64,000 bases of DNA from Escherichia phage vB_EcoM-E33, in the sequence record OL780484.1, one strand, 5' to 3'. Positions within the stretch are counted from its first letter, which is position 1, and each line of letters begins with the position of its first letter. A program made the translations under genes and the position numbers. This document shows positions 17,318-25,668 of the stretch, in pieces. The notes under the pieces were generated by a model, which did not search any database, was not told the origin of the DNA, and saw nothing but the letters and a program-made list of their open reading frames with translations.

Positions 17318-17792
17318 ACTAGAATTCCATGTACGTGATTCATCTGGACAGACACGTCCTTATGATGCTACAGTGTGTCTTATCTTTGTCGACAATGGTA
17401 CGAATTCTATAACCCAGTTAGAAACACGATTAAAAGATATTAAGCTTCCAGAAAATATTATGATGAAGGCTTACCATAACAAAAATGTTGATGTTGCTGA
17501 AGATTGTCCTTTTAGCCTGGCTGAAGCATTACATATCAAGGGTTATCGCCATCCGGACCCGTATGGCGAAGGAACAATGGACATTTTCTATAAAGATACC
17601 GATAGAATGTCCAACGAACGTCTTAAAGGTCGTACTTATCTTATTTCCGCTACCGAAGACCTTATTGAAGTTGAACGTCAGATTTGGAAGCACTTTGATA
17701 TTGGATTGCGCTTTACCATGACTGAAGACGCTATTCGTGATGCTAAGGTACGAGCTCGTATGTACGAGTACGGTCCTATCGGTGGTTACTAA
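17304..17792 (+). CDS. Hypothetical protein (162 aa; position of T4 mrh)
   Basis: SD AGAAGAGGAAA; size and position similar to T4 mrh but sequence not recognised. Confidence 0.5.
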   Translation: MKVYELEFHVRDSSGQTRPYDATVCLIFVDNGTNSITQLETRLKDIKLPENIMMKAYHNKNVDVAEDCPFSLAEALHIKGYRHPDPYGEGTMDIFYKDTDRMSNERLKGRTYLISATEDLIEVERQIWKHFDIGLRFTMTEDAIRDAKVRARMYEYGPIGGY

Positions 17793-17980
17793 TGGACTTA
17801 TTTGATATGTTTGTCATTCCGGACCCTGAGCCTGAAACAACTCAGGAGCCGCCTGTTGACCTTGTCAACGAACTTGATATGATTATACAGAAGCATGGTT
17901 TTAAGTTGCCTAAAGATGTTCTTAGTGACCTAGCTTCTTATTACTTAGACCCTCCACCCTGGGCTCCTTGGGTAAAATAA
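17792..17980 (+). CDS. Hypothetical protein (62 aa, acidic, Pro-rich)
   Basis: ORF track; start overlaps upstream stop. Confidence 0.4.
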   Translation: MDLFDMFVIPDPEPETTQEPPVDLVNELDMIIQKHGFKLPKDVLSDLASYYLDPPPWAPWVK

Positions 17981-18035
17981 AGTTTTACACCTCCTCCCTT
18001 CATGTTATAATGACCTCTAAATCACTGGAGGTCAT

Positions 18036-18605
18036 ATGAACATCGAACAAAAATGTCTTTATCAAGACCGAATCAATTCCAAATTCTCAAAACACGAACA
18101 GAATCTTTTAGAAAAATGTCTGGATGCTAAAAAAGACCCTAACTTCCATTACGACCTTGACAAACTGGTTCGCAAGCATGTTACTTCAGCGGTTCCAGTA
18201 GAGTTGTATCGTGGGATTACCACCAGAGAACTTGAGCAATTAGAGCTCCTTTCAGTAGGGTGTCAATGGTCTCCTGGTCGAGTTACTTCTTTTAGTACAC
18301 AATACTCTCAGGCTCGTCAGTTCGCAGGGGCGTGGGAATATGGAACCAAAACCATTTTAAGTCTCAGGAATGCACCGTTCATTTTCGACTACTACAACCA
18401 TGCTATAGACCTTGTTCTTGCAGGGAATGTAGACGCCCTTGAAATTGATGAAACTCGTATTGACCTCTATGATATGGTCGAAACTGAATGTGAGTTCATG
18501 GTCTCTAGCCAATCGCGATTTGAGATTGTTGCAATCGAAACCGTCAAAAGAGACCCGTATGATATCGAGTACAAAACAATTCATTTAAAAATGTTGGATT
18601 TTTAG
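18036..18605 (+). CDS. modB: Mod-family ADP-ribosyltransferase (ModB-like by position)
   Basis: 189 aa; ART triad-like motifs LYRG (Arg), SFSTQ (S-T-S-like), ECEFMV (E-x-E); SD GGAGG. Confidence 0.6.
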   Translation: MNIEQKCLYQDRINSKFSKHEQNLLEKCLDAKKDPNFHYDLDKLVRKHVTSAVPVELYRGITTRELEQLELLSVGCQWSPGRVTSFSTQYSQARQFAGAWEYGTKTILSLRNAPFIFDYYNHAIDLVLAGNVDALEIDETRIDLYDMVETECEFMVSSQSRFEIVAIETVKRDPYDIEYKTIHLKMLDF

Positions 18606-18659
18606 TTTACAGGCAAGGAAGCTTGTGGTACTATCTTTCTACCAACTGAGGAGAATAAT

Positions 18660-19274
18660 ATGTTATACCCTAACCACAGATTATCAGAGTTCTATGACAA
18701 TGTTAAGTGCGATGATTTCCGTGAAAACATTCAGTGTGAAATCGACCAGCAGTATTCTGATTTAGAACAGAGTACCCTCTGGCTGTGTATGGAAAATAAA
18801 CCGGATTGCATCCAAGAAACTCTGAATAAAATTATCCGTAAGAATCTGACTTCTGTAGTGCCTGACAAGCTGTACCGTGGAATTTCTAAGAAAACTTTGA
18901 AATACCTTGAATCGGTAGGATGTGTCGGCGCTACTATTGAATTTGACAGGGTAATGAGCTTCTCTAAAGATTTTAAGATTGCCCGTAATTTTGCTTCATA
19001 TAATTTTTACGGAACTAAAAATATTTTCTGTATTAACGATGCCCCCTTTGCATTTGATTATCAGGAAGCAATCTTTAAAATGATTTGTGGCGCTCCTCCC
19101 GAAGAGTTCAACGGGCCGTATCCTGAAATAACTCGAACTTCAAACTTACAACTAGTGAATGATGAGGATGAGATGATGTTCCCTGCGGGAACTACGCTGC
19201 GCGTAGACTCTATTGAGAAGGTTTATGGATGGCAAGATTATACATTATGGAATCTTTCCGTTCTTTCTTACTGA
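18660..19274 (+). CDS. modA: Mod-family ADP-ribosyltransferase (ModA-like by position), paralog of 18036..18605
   Basis: 204 aa; LYRG … SFSKD … FPAGTT; shared paralogous blocks with upstream gene; SD GAGGAG. Confidence 0.6.
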   Translation: MLYPNHRLSEFYDNVKCDDFRENIQCEIDQQYSDLEQSTLWLCMENKPDCIQETLNKIIRKNLTSVVPDKLYRGISKKTLKYLESVGCVGATIEFDRVMSFSKDFKIARNFASYNFYGTKNIFCINDAPFAFDYQEAIFKMICGAPPEEFNGPYPEITRTSNLQLVNDEDEMMFPAGTTLRVDSIEKVYGWQDYTLWNLSVLSY

Positions 19275-19414
19275 ACCACCCGGTTTAATTGAAAGGCAAA
19301 GTCCTTGATTCATTATACCGTCGAAAATTTAAAGCAAAAAAGTGTTTACTTTATCAAGCAACATGATACTATAGACACCTATCAACTAATCGTCCGTAAG
19401 ATGAGAAAAATACC

Positions 19415-20149
19415 ATGACCCCTGAATTTGAATTAAAGGTTTACAAACGTCGCGAACACACTAAAGCCTCTGCCAAAAAACGTGGTAAGGACTTCAATCT
19501 GTCTAGTAATTATGTTCGTAGACTTCTCGAACAAAAAGTGTGTGCTTATTCAGGCGAACGTTTTGATGAGAATTCAGTTAGTGATAAGATTTCATTTGAA
19601 CGTTTTAATAATGATATTGGTTATATCGAAGGTAATGTAATCCCAGTTAAAGTCAAGTACAATAGCTTACGTGCTGATTTGTCTTTAGATGAATTGAAAC
19701 GTGCACAGACTCGTTTAGCGTCCCGTATTTCAGGTGGTTCTAAAATGCCTAATAGTTTTAAAGTTACCCCAGATAATTATTATAAAATTCGTAAAATAGT
19801 TAAAAATATTAAAGATACCCAAAGAGGTCTTAAAAAGCGTGAAAAACGTCTTAAGGACCTTATTAAATCAGGAGCTACTGATAAGACCCCTTCTGTCATC
19901 GCGGTTAAGGCCCGTATCCATGGTTCTAACGCTTCAATAGGTACTATGGAAAAGGGTCTTAAATCTTTAATTGGTGGGCCTGATTGGCGTGTCAAGTTTA
20001 AATTGTCTGAAGCAGAAACGCGTTACGATATGTATGATAAAATTATTCAAGGTCTGGAGCGTTTAGAACACCTTTCTTTTATTGACAAAATGAAGTTGAA
20101 AAAAGGTCTTCCGCTGAATGCTTCAATTTTTTCACTGATTAGAGGTTAA
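19415..20149 (+). CDS. Hypothetical protein (244 aa; position of T4 srd)
   Basis: ORF track; early promoter upstream; N-terminal basic region; function unrecognised. Confidence 0.5.
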   Translation: MTPEFELKVYKRREHTKASAKKRGKDFNLSSNYVRRLLEQKVCAYSGERFDENSVSDKISFERFNNDIGYIEGNVIPVKVKYNSLRADLSLDELKRAQTRLASRISGGSKMPNSFKVTPDNYYKIRKIVKNIKDTQRGLKKREKRLKDLIKSGATDKTPSVIAVKARIHGSNASIGTMEKGLKSLIGGPDWRVKFKLSEAETRYDMYDKIIQGLERLEHLSFIDKMKLKKGLPLNASIFSLIRG

Positions 20150-20153
20150 CGTG

Positions 20154-20450
20154 ATGTACTATGCATACGTATTAGTTCACAAGGACAAAGACGGGTACGA
20201 AATTCCATTAGAAGAGGCCGGTGAGGTGACTTTGTATTCGACAAAGATTGGAGCCGATACCGCTCTATCCGTTTATGAAATGTCAACAAAAAGATATCTT
20301 CGGCTTGGACGCCTTGAAACGGTGTGCACACCTAGAAAATGGTGGTTTGATAAGTGGGAAACTAAAACAGTATATCCTACCGAAGAACGAGCCCGAGAAC
20401 TTAAATTAGTTTTAGACACTTTATATGTTAAGCGAGTAAAATTGGCATGA
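20154..20450 (+). CDS. Hypothetical protein (98 aa; position of T4 dda.1)
   Basis: ATG 20154 after SD AGAGG. Confidence 0.45.
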   Translation: MYYAYVLVHKDKDGYEIPLEEAGEVTLYSTKIGADTALSVYEMSTKRYLRLGRLETVCTPRKWWFDKWETKTVYPTEERARELKLVLDTLYVKRVKLA

Positions 20451-21778
20451 TTACATTTGAAGACTTGAACATCGGCCAGAGGACGGCCTTTAAAGAAATC
20501 ATTGAAGCTATTAAACGACGTAAGGGCGAATGGATTACATTGAACGGCCCTGCTGGTACGGGTAAAACAACCCTTACCAAATTTATTCTTGACCATCTAG
20601 TCAAGAATGGTGAACTCGGAGTTATTTTGACTGCACCTACCCATGCGGCCAAAAAGGTGTTGTCGAAACTCGCAGGTCAAGAAGCATCAACAATCCATAG
20701 AATCTTAAAGATTAACCCTACTACGTACGAAGACCAGGACATCTTTGAACAACGCGAAGCTCCTGACTTGAGCAAATGTAACGTTCTGGTTGTTGATGAA
20801 GGCTCGATGATTGACGGTAAGCTGTTTAAGATTATCGAATCTTCAGTGCCACCATGGTGTACTGTATTAGGGATTGGCGACAGAGCTCAGCTACAGCCAG
20901 TGGAACCTGGAAGTGATGGTAGTCCACAGTTGTCTCCGTTCTTTACCCATCCAAAAATCAAGCAATTGCATTTGACCGAAGTAATGCGTAGCAATGCTCC
21001 AATCATTGAGGTTGCTACTGAAATCCGTAATGGTGGGTGGTTTAGAGATTGTGTATTCGAAGGACATGGTGTCCATGGTTTTAAATCCCAAACAGCATTA
21101 AAAGATTTTATGATGAATTATTTTTCCATTGTAAAAGATGCTGATGCCCTGTTTGAGAATAGGATGTTTGCTTATACCAATAAATCGGTTGAAAAGCTGA
21201 ATAGCATTATTCGTAAAAAGCTTTATGAAACCGATGCACCTTATATCAAGGGCGAAATCCTAGTGATGCAAGAGCCTTTTATGAAGGAACTTGAATACGA
21301 TGGTAAGAAATTCTCTGAAACCATTTTTAATAATGGACAAATGGTTCGTATTCTGGATGTGAACCATACCTCGTTGTTTTTGTCTGCTAAGGATGTAGGC
21401 ACTCGTCAAATGATTAATTACTGGGACCTGCAAGTAGAATCTGTTGATGAAGACGACGAGTACTATGTAGAGCATTTAAAGGTTATCGATGAGGCTTCAG
21501 TTGAGAAGTTCCATTATTTCTTGGCTAAGGTTGCTACAGAGTACAAAGCCATGCGTGGTAGTGGTAAGAAACCTAAGTGGGCTGATTTCTGGAAAGCCAA
21601 GCGAATGTTCAGTAAGGTTCGAGCTCTTCCTGTGAGCACTGTTCATAAATCCCAAGGACTTACAGTCCAAAACAGTTTCATCTATACTCCATGCATGCAT
21701 ATGGCTGATGCGAATTTAGCTTCACAGCTGGCTTATGTTAGTATTACTCGTGCTCGTACTGACGCCTACTACGTTTGA
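20447..21778 (+). CDS. dda: Dda DNA helicase (SF1B)
   Basis: 443 aa; INGPAGTGKTTLTKFI Walker A and overall strong match to remembered T4 Dda. Confidence 0.95.
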   Translation: MITFEDLNIGQRTAFKEIIEAIKRRKGEWITLNGPAGTGKTTLTKFILDHLVKNGELGVILTAPTHAAKKVLSKLAGQEASTIHRILKINPTTYEDQDIFEQREAPDLSKCNVLVVDEGSMIDGKLFKIIESSVPPWCTVLGIGDRAQLQPVEPGSDGSPQLSPFFTHPKIKQLHLTEVMRSNAPIIEVATEIRNGGWFRDCVFEGHGVHGFKSQTALKDFMMNYFSIVKDADALFENRMFAYTNKSVEKLNSIIRKKLYETDAPYIKGEILVMQEPFMKELEYDGKKFSETIFNNGQMVRILDVNHTSLFLSAKDVGTRQMINYWDLQVESVDEDDEYYVEHLKVIDEASVEKFHYFLAKVATEYKAMRGSGKKPKWADFWKAKRMFSKVRALPVSTVHKSQGLTVQNSFIYTPCMHMADANLASQLAYVSITRARTDAYYV

Positions 21779-21785
21779 GGAAAAT

Positions 21786-22025
21786 ATGATTAAAGTAACT
21801 AAAGACCAATTTTATAAGTTGAAATTCGAAACCGAACATATTATTAAAGTCAACCAAAATAATATCAGCATTAGGCAAAAGGCCCATACTGTCCTGAACT
21901 CTCTTAAAGAGATTGAAAGTGATTTTATTGCAGTACAAAATCTGATGGACGACAATATCTCTTCGGTTTATATTGAAGACTACACTGTTGGCCAAATCCG
22001 AGACCTTATGAGGTACGTTAAATGA
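21786..22025 (+). CDS. Hypothetical protein (80 aa)
   Basis: ATG 21786 after SD GAGGAAA. Confidence 0.45.
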   Translation: MIKVTKDQFYKLKFETEHIIKVNQNNISIRQKAHTVLNSLKEIESDFIAVQNLMDDNISSVYIEDYTVGQIRDLMRYVK

Positions 22026-22696
22026 AAGATATAATTATTGACTTTGAAACCTTTGCCACTACTCAAAATGCAGCGGTTATCGACCTAGCCGTAATTGCTT
22101 ACGACCCTAATCCAGAGGTTGTAGAAACGTTTGAAGAGCTTACTCAACGAGGCCTTCGTATTAAATTTGACCTCGCTTCTCAACGTGATAAACGACTGTT
22201 TTCTAAAAGCACGTTGCAGTGGTGGAAAGAGCAAGGGCCTGAAGCGCGTAAAAACCTGGCTCCATCTGAAATTGATGTGTCCACTTCTATTGGTCTCGGT
22301 AATTTCCTGGAATACTGCCGTAAAAACGAAGTGGACCAATGGAAATCTCAGATGTGGTGCCGTGGAATGTCCTTTGACTTTCCTATCTTAGTAGACCTAA
22401 TCCGTGATGCTTATCGTTCTGAAGGTGTTCCTGAGAATGAAATTGATACCAGTAAATTAGAACCGGTTAAATTCTGGAACCAACGTGACATCCGTACAGC
22501 TATTGAAGCATATTCACTAACTCGTGGATTGAGCATGTGTCCTCTGCCTAACGGAACATTGAATGGCTTTGTTGCTCATGACTCCATCCATGACTGTGCT
22601 AAGGATATCTTGATGCTTAAATATGCCCAACGATACGCCTTGGGTCTGGAAGATGTCCCTGAGAATCCTGACCCATTAAGTATAAAAAATCGATAA
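22022..22696 (+). CDS. dexA: Exonuclease A DexA (DnaQ-like 3'-5' exonuclease)
   Basis: 224 aa; IIIDFETF exo I motif; synteny after dda. Confidence 0.85.
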   Translation: MKDIIIDFETFATTQNAAVIDLAVIAYDPNPEVVETFEELTQRGLRIKFDLASQRDKRLFSKSTLQWWKEQGPEARKNLAPSEIDVSTSIGLGNFLEYCRKNEVDQWKSQMWCRGMSFDFPILVDLIRDAYRSEGVPENEIDTSKLEPVKFWNQRDIRTAIEAYSLTRGLSMCPLPNGTLNGFVAHDSIHDCAKDILMLKYAQRYALGLEDVPENPDPLSIKNR

Positions 22697-22700
22697 AAGT

Positions 22701-22729
22701 GTTTACTTCTCCTCATGACATGATATTAT
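22701..22729 (+). promoter_or_regulatory. T4-type early promoter
   Basis: GTTTAC, 17 nt, TGaTATTAT, CTATCAAC leader, SD GAGGAGAA. Confidence 0.55.
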
Positions 22730-22756
22730 CTACCCTATCAACATGAGGAGAACAAA

Positions 22757-23266
22757 ATGAAAATTTATCGAGTGGAGTCATCGTTCAGTATCTTAGATAA
22801 CAGCGATGTTATAGCAATCACTCACCAACAGTGCCGCCAATTAACACCGTATAGAGGCTCGTTTGATGAATGGAGCGAAGGTTGGTTATTAGAAGTAGGT
22901 TTCGACAAACCTAATTTTAGACACCACCATACCAATAATAAAAATATTCCACTACCAGGTCAAGACAAGTTGTTGGTGGAAAATTCTAATAAAACCATTC
23001 GAACTAAGTGGAACCAGCCTGATTATGAAGGCTGTGATGATTATATTCCAGGTTGGTTTGTTAATCTCTACCATTTTGCTTTTGCCAGTGAGTATGATAT
23101 GATGCGCTGGTTCACTCGTGAAGAGCGTGAAGAATTATCTTCTAAAGGATTCTATCTTGCCGTTTACGAAATCCCTGAAGATGAGGTTGTCATTGGTGGC
23201 CACCAAGTAATGTTCCGCAAATCCCATGCTGAACTCGTAGATTTTATTGAATTGAGAACAATATGA
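22757..23266 (+). CDS. Hypothetical protein (169 aa)
   Basis: ORF track; early promoter and SD. Confidence 0.5.
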   Translation: MKIYRVESSFSILDNSDVIAITHQQCRQLTPYRGSFDEWSEGWLLEVGFDKPNFRHHHTNNKNIPLPGQDKLLVENSNKTIRTKWNQPDYEGCDDYIPGWFVNLYHFAFASEYDMMRWFTREEREELSSKGFYLAVYEIPEDEVVIGGHQVMFRKSHAELVDFIELRTI

Positions 23267-23811
23267 AATTTAATTACAACCCTAAATACACCCCGAATCC
23301 GGCAGCTAAACTGATTGATTTTGATGTTTTAAGCACTTATGTATGCCCTGTTAAACCACTGGAAATTAAGGAACCTGCTATGAATACTCAGACTATCGAA
23401 ATCGGCAAAACCTACAAACTGGTTGAACCTGAAATTAAAACTAAGGCCTTGATTTCTGGCCATAAAACTCTGACTGAGGTTTTTGGCGAAGGCGAATTTA
23501 TTGTTGAAGAATTTACCAAAAGTGACTGGTTTACTAAATCTTACGTCATCCACGGCCGTCGATTAGATAATAACAAAATAGAGAAAATCTTGGTTTATGA
23601 AGATGAGTTCATCCTGTTCCAAGAAGTTGAAGAACAAGAACCTACCGACCTTCTGTGTGCTGCTGTGTCTATCCGTCGTCCTTTTGATAATCCTATCTGT
23701 GGTTGGGTAACAGACCAGTGGGTTGAAGACGGTGTTGAGCTGCTGAACGTTGTACATGCTGGTGATTTTAGCGTAGTACCTCGTAGTGCAGTGGTTAATG
23801 TATTGAATTAG
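23263..23811 (+). CDS. Hypothetical protein (182 aa), paralog A
   Basis: C-terminal block TDQWVEDGVELLNVVHAGDFSVVPRS shared with next gene. Confidence 0.5.
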   Translation: MKFNYNPKYTPNPAAKLIDFDVLSTYVCPVKPLEIKEPAMNTQTIEIGKTYKLVEPEIKTKALISGHKTLTEVFGEGEFIVEEFTKSDWFTKSYVIHGRRLDNNKIEKILVYEDEFILFQEVEEQEPTDLLCAAVSIRRPFDNPICGWVTDQWVEDGVELLNVVHAGDFSVVPRSAVVNVLN

Positions 23812-23884
23812 TAGTTTACTTTATCGAGAGCCATGTTATAATGGCTCTCATGGAGAATAAACTTATTAACCAAGAGAGAAAATT

Positions 23885-24436
23885 ATGATTACTATCGGTG
23901 AAATTGTTCGTGTATCCAAAGAATCTCGCTCAAAAGCCGCGGGTCGTTTTGTTGAAGTTGCTGGTATTCGTACTAATTTAGTAGGTGGAATTAAAGAAGT
24001 TAAAGTGCGTATTATTCCTAAAAATGGCCAGACTGAAACTCAATTCGCTTATGTGCATCCTAAATTCCTGGAATCAACTGAATTCACTGGACACATCGCT
24101 CCTGTAGTTGAAGAAGTTGAATCCCATGATGGGTATGTATGTGAAAGCAATGATATCCGTGGCGTAGTAGCTCAAGACGTTGAAACTATTGACCAATCTC
24201 ATGTTGGTGTTGATTTCAAATGGAAATTAGGTAAAGGTGTCTTTTTCGTTTCACCTAAACCGTTTGAATACAATTGCAAGTATGGTCCGACTTATGAAAC
24301 CACTAGTATGTCCGGTTACATCACAGACCAATGGGTTGAAGAAGGTGTTAAGCTGTATAACATCGTGTTCCTTGGCACCTTTAAAGTAGTTCCTGAAAGT
24401 TTTATTGTTGAGTACGCTGATATTCATTTTGCATAA
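23885..24436 (+). CDS. Hypothetical protein (183 aa), paralog B
   Basis: C-terminal block TDQWVEEGVKLYNIVFLGTFKVVPES; own early-type promoter (GTTTAC…TGtTATAAT). Confidence 0.5.
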   Translation: MITIGEIVRVSKESRSKAAGRFVEVAGIRTNLVGGIKEVKVRIIPKNGQTETQFAYVHPKFLESTEFTGHIAPVVEEVESHDGYVCESNDIRGVVAQDVETIDQSHVGVDFKWKLGKGVFFVSPKPFEYNCKYGPTYETTSMSGYITDQWVEEGVKLYNIVFLGTFKVVPESFIVEYADIHFA

Positions 24437-24508
24437 AGTTTAAAAACAGTATACAACAGGGTAGTAGTGTGATACTATTACCCTATCAACAAATGAGAGG
24501 AAAATAAA

Positions 24509-24727
24509 ATGGCTAAAGTTACTGTGAACTCGACTCGTGAAGAATTTGAAGATGTTCTGTTCAACCCTGATTTAATCGTGGTTCAAAAGGAACATTCTGA
24601 TACGTTTTCTCATTTATCGTCGGTTTATGTATACGAAAACCAAGGTGATGAAAACCCTATCTATGCGGTGTTCCGTGAAATCACTGCTGAAGGCACCGAC
24701 TTCTGGAAGGAAACTTATAATGCTTAA
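24509..24727 (+). CDS. Hypothetical protein (72 aa)
   Basis: ORF track; SD GAGAGGAAAA. Confidence 0.45.
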   Translation: MAKVTVNSTREEFEDVLFNPDLIVVQKEHSDTFSHLSSVYVYENQGDENPIYAVFREITAEGTDFWKETYNA

Positions 24728-25157
24728 TCAAGAACTTGAATTTGAAAAAGGTAAATGGTACTATTTTAAAGATGATGCGGCAGAAGCTGAATTCCGTAAG
24801 CTGAATTCCCATAATATTAGGAATCCTAATAATTCTTCTATAGCAGATATCATTGTCAATTCTGAAGGTTTTTGCCCTGTTAGATTAGCGGCAGGTTATG
24901 TGATGAACGTGGACTTGGCTTATGGTGATAACACTGATATGGTTTTATATCCAAGCGAGCGTAAATTCTTTACGGAAATGGTTGTAGTTGACAGTGAAGA
25001 CGAATGGGCCGAAGATGGTTTCTCTGAAGACGAAGACACGTCTGAAGATGCAGCTCCATTCGAACCGAGTGATTTTCCTTTAACTAAAATCACTATCTCT
25101 AATAATTCTGAAGCCTGGTCAGTTTTCCAGATGTTGAAAGCTCACTTTAAGGAATAA
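24720..25157 (+). CDS. Hypothetical protein with strongly acidic C-terminal region (145 aa)
   Basis: ATG 24720 overlapping upstream stop; DSEDEWAEDGFSEDEDTSEDAAPFEPSDF. Confidence 0.4.
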   Translation: MLNQELEFEKGKWYYFKDDAAEAEFRKLNSHNIRNPNNSSIADIIVNSEGFCPVRLAAGYVMNVDLAYGDNTDMVLYPSERKFFTEMVVVDSEDEWAEDGFSEDEDTSEDAAPFEPSDFPLTKITISNNSEAWSVFQMLKAHFKE

Positions 25158-25158
25158 T

Positions 25159-25335
25159 ATGCCACTTTATGATTACAAATGCCAATCTGAAGACTGTGCA
25201 AAAGAATACGAAAAAATCAAGAAAATCTCTGAAAGAGATAATGATGTTTGTCCTGATTGCCATCGGCTGGCTGTTCGGTTAGTCTCGGCTCCTAAACATG
25301 TTAATGGCGGTTTTTACGACCTGCTGACTAAGTGA
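25159..25335 (+). CDS. Zinc-ribbon protein, FmdB-like (58 aa)
   Basis: MPLYDYKCQSEDC…CPDCH: two CxxC pairs; SD AAGGAA 5 nt upstream. Confidence 0.45.
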   Translation: MPLYDYKCQSEDCAKEYEKIKKISERDNDVCPDCHRLAVRLVSAPKHVNGGFYDLLTK

Positions 25336-25341
25336 GAAATT

Positions 25342-25602
25342 ATGAAATATATTAATCGTTCTATTGCAGCTCTCGTATTAGCAGTTTCTTTGGTTGGATG
25401 TACTGATGCCGATAATGCTACCCGTGTATTGGATGCAAATGGCTACGAACAAATCCAAATCACAGGATACAACCTATTTGGCTGCTCTGAAGATGATTTC
25501 CAACGTACAGGCTTTATTGCTGTGGGTCCGACAGGTAAAAGGGTTGAAGGAACTGTTTGTTCTGGATTATTCTTTAAAAAGTCGACCATTCGATTTGATT
25601 AA
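25342..25602 (+). CDS. Putative lipoprotein (lipobox LVGC)
   Basis: MKYINRSIAALVLAVSLVGCTD…. Confidence 0.55.
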   Translation: MKYINRSIAALVLAVSLVGCTDADNATRVLDANGYEQIQITGYNLFGCSEDDFQRTGFIAVGPTGKRVEGTVCSGLFFKKSTIRFD

Positions 25603-25620
25603 GGGCTTCGGCCCTTTTAT
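25601..25620 (+). terminator. Terminator-like hairpin (aagggc-UUCG-gccctt + TTTTAT)
   Basis: Stem-loop overlapping stop of lipoprotein gene. Confidence 0.5.
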
Positions 25621-25644
25621 GCTTTAAGTGAAATGGGATAATAT
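25620..25644 (+). promoter_or_regulatory. Possible MotA-dependent middle promoter (TGCTTTA box + TAATAT -10)
   Basis: TGCTTTA at 25620-25626, 12-nt spacer, TAATAT; upstream of gene 39. Confidence 0.35.
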
Positions 25645-25668
25645 TCTCCTACTACATGAGGAAATAAC

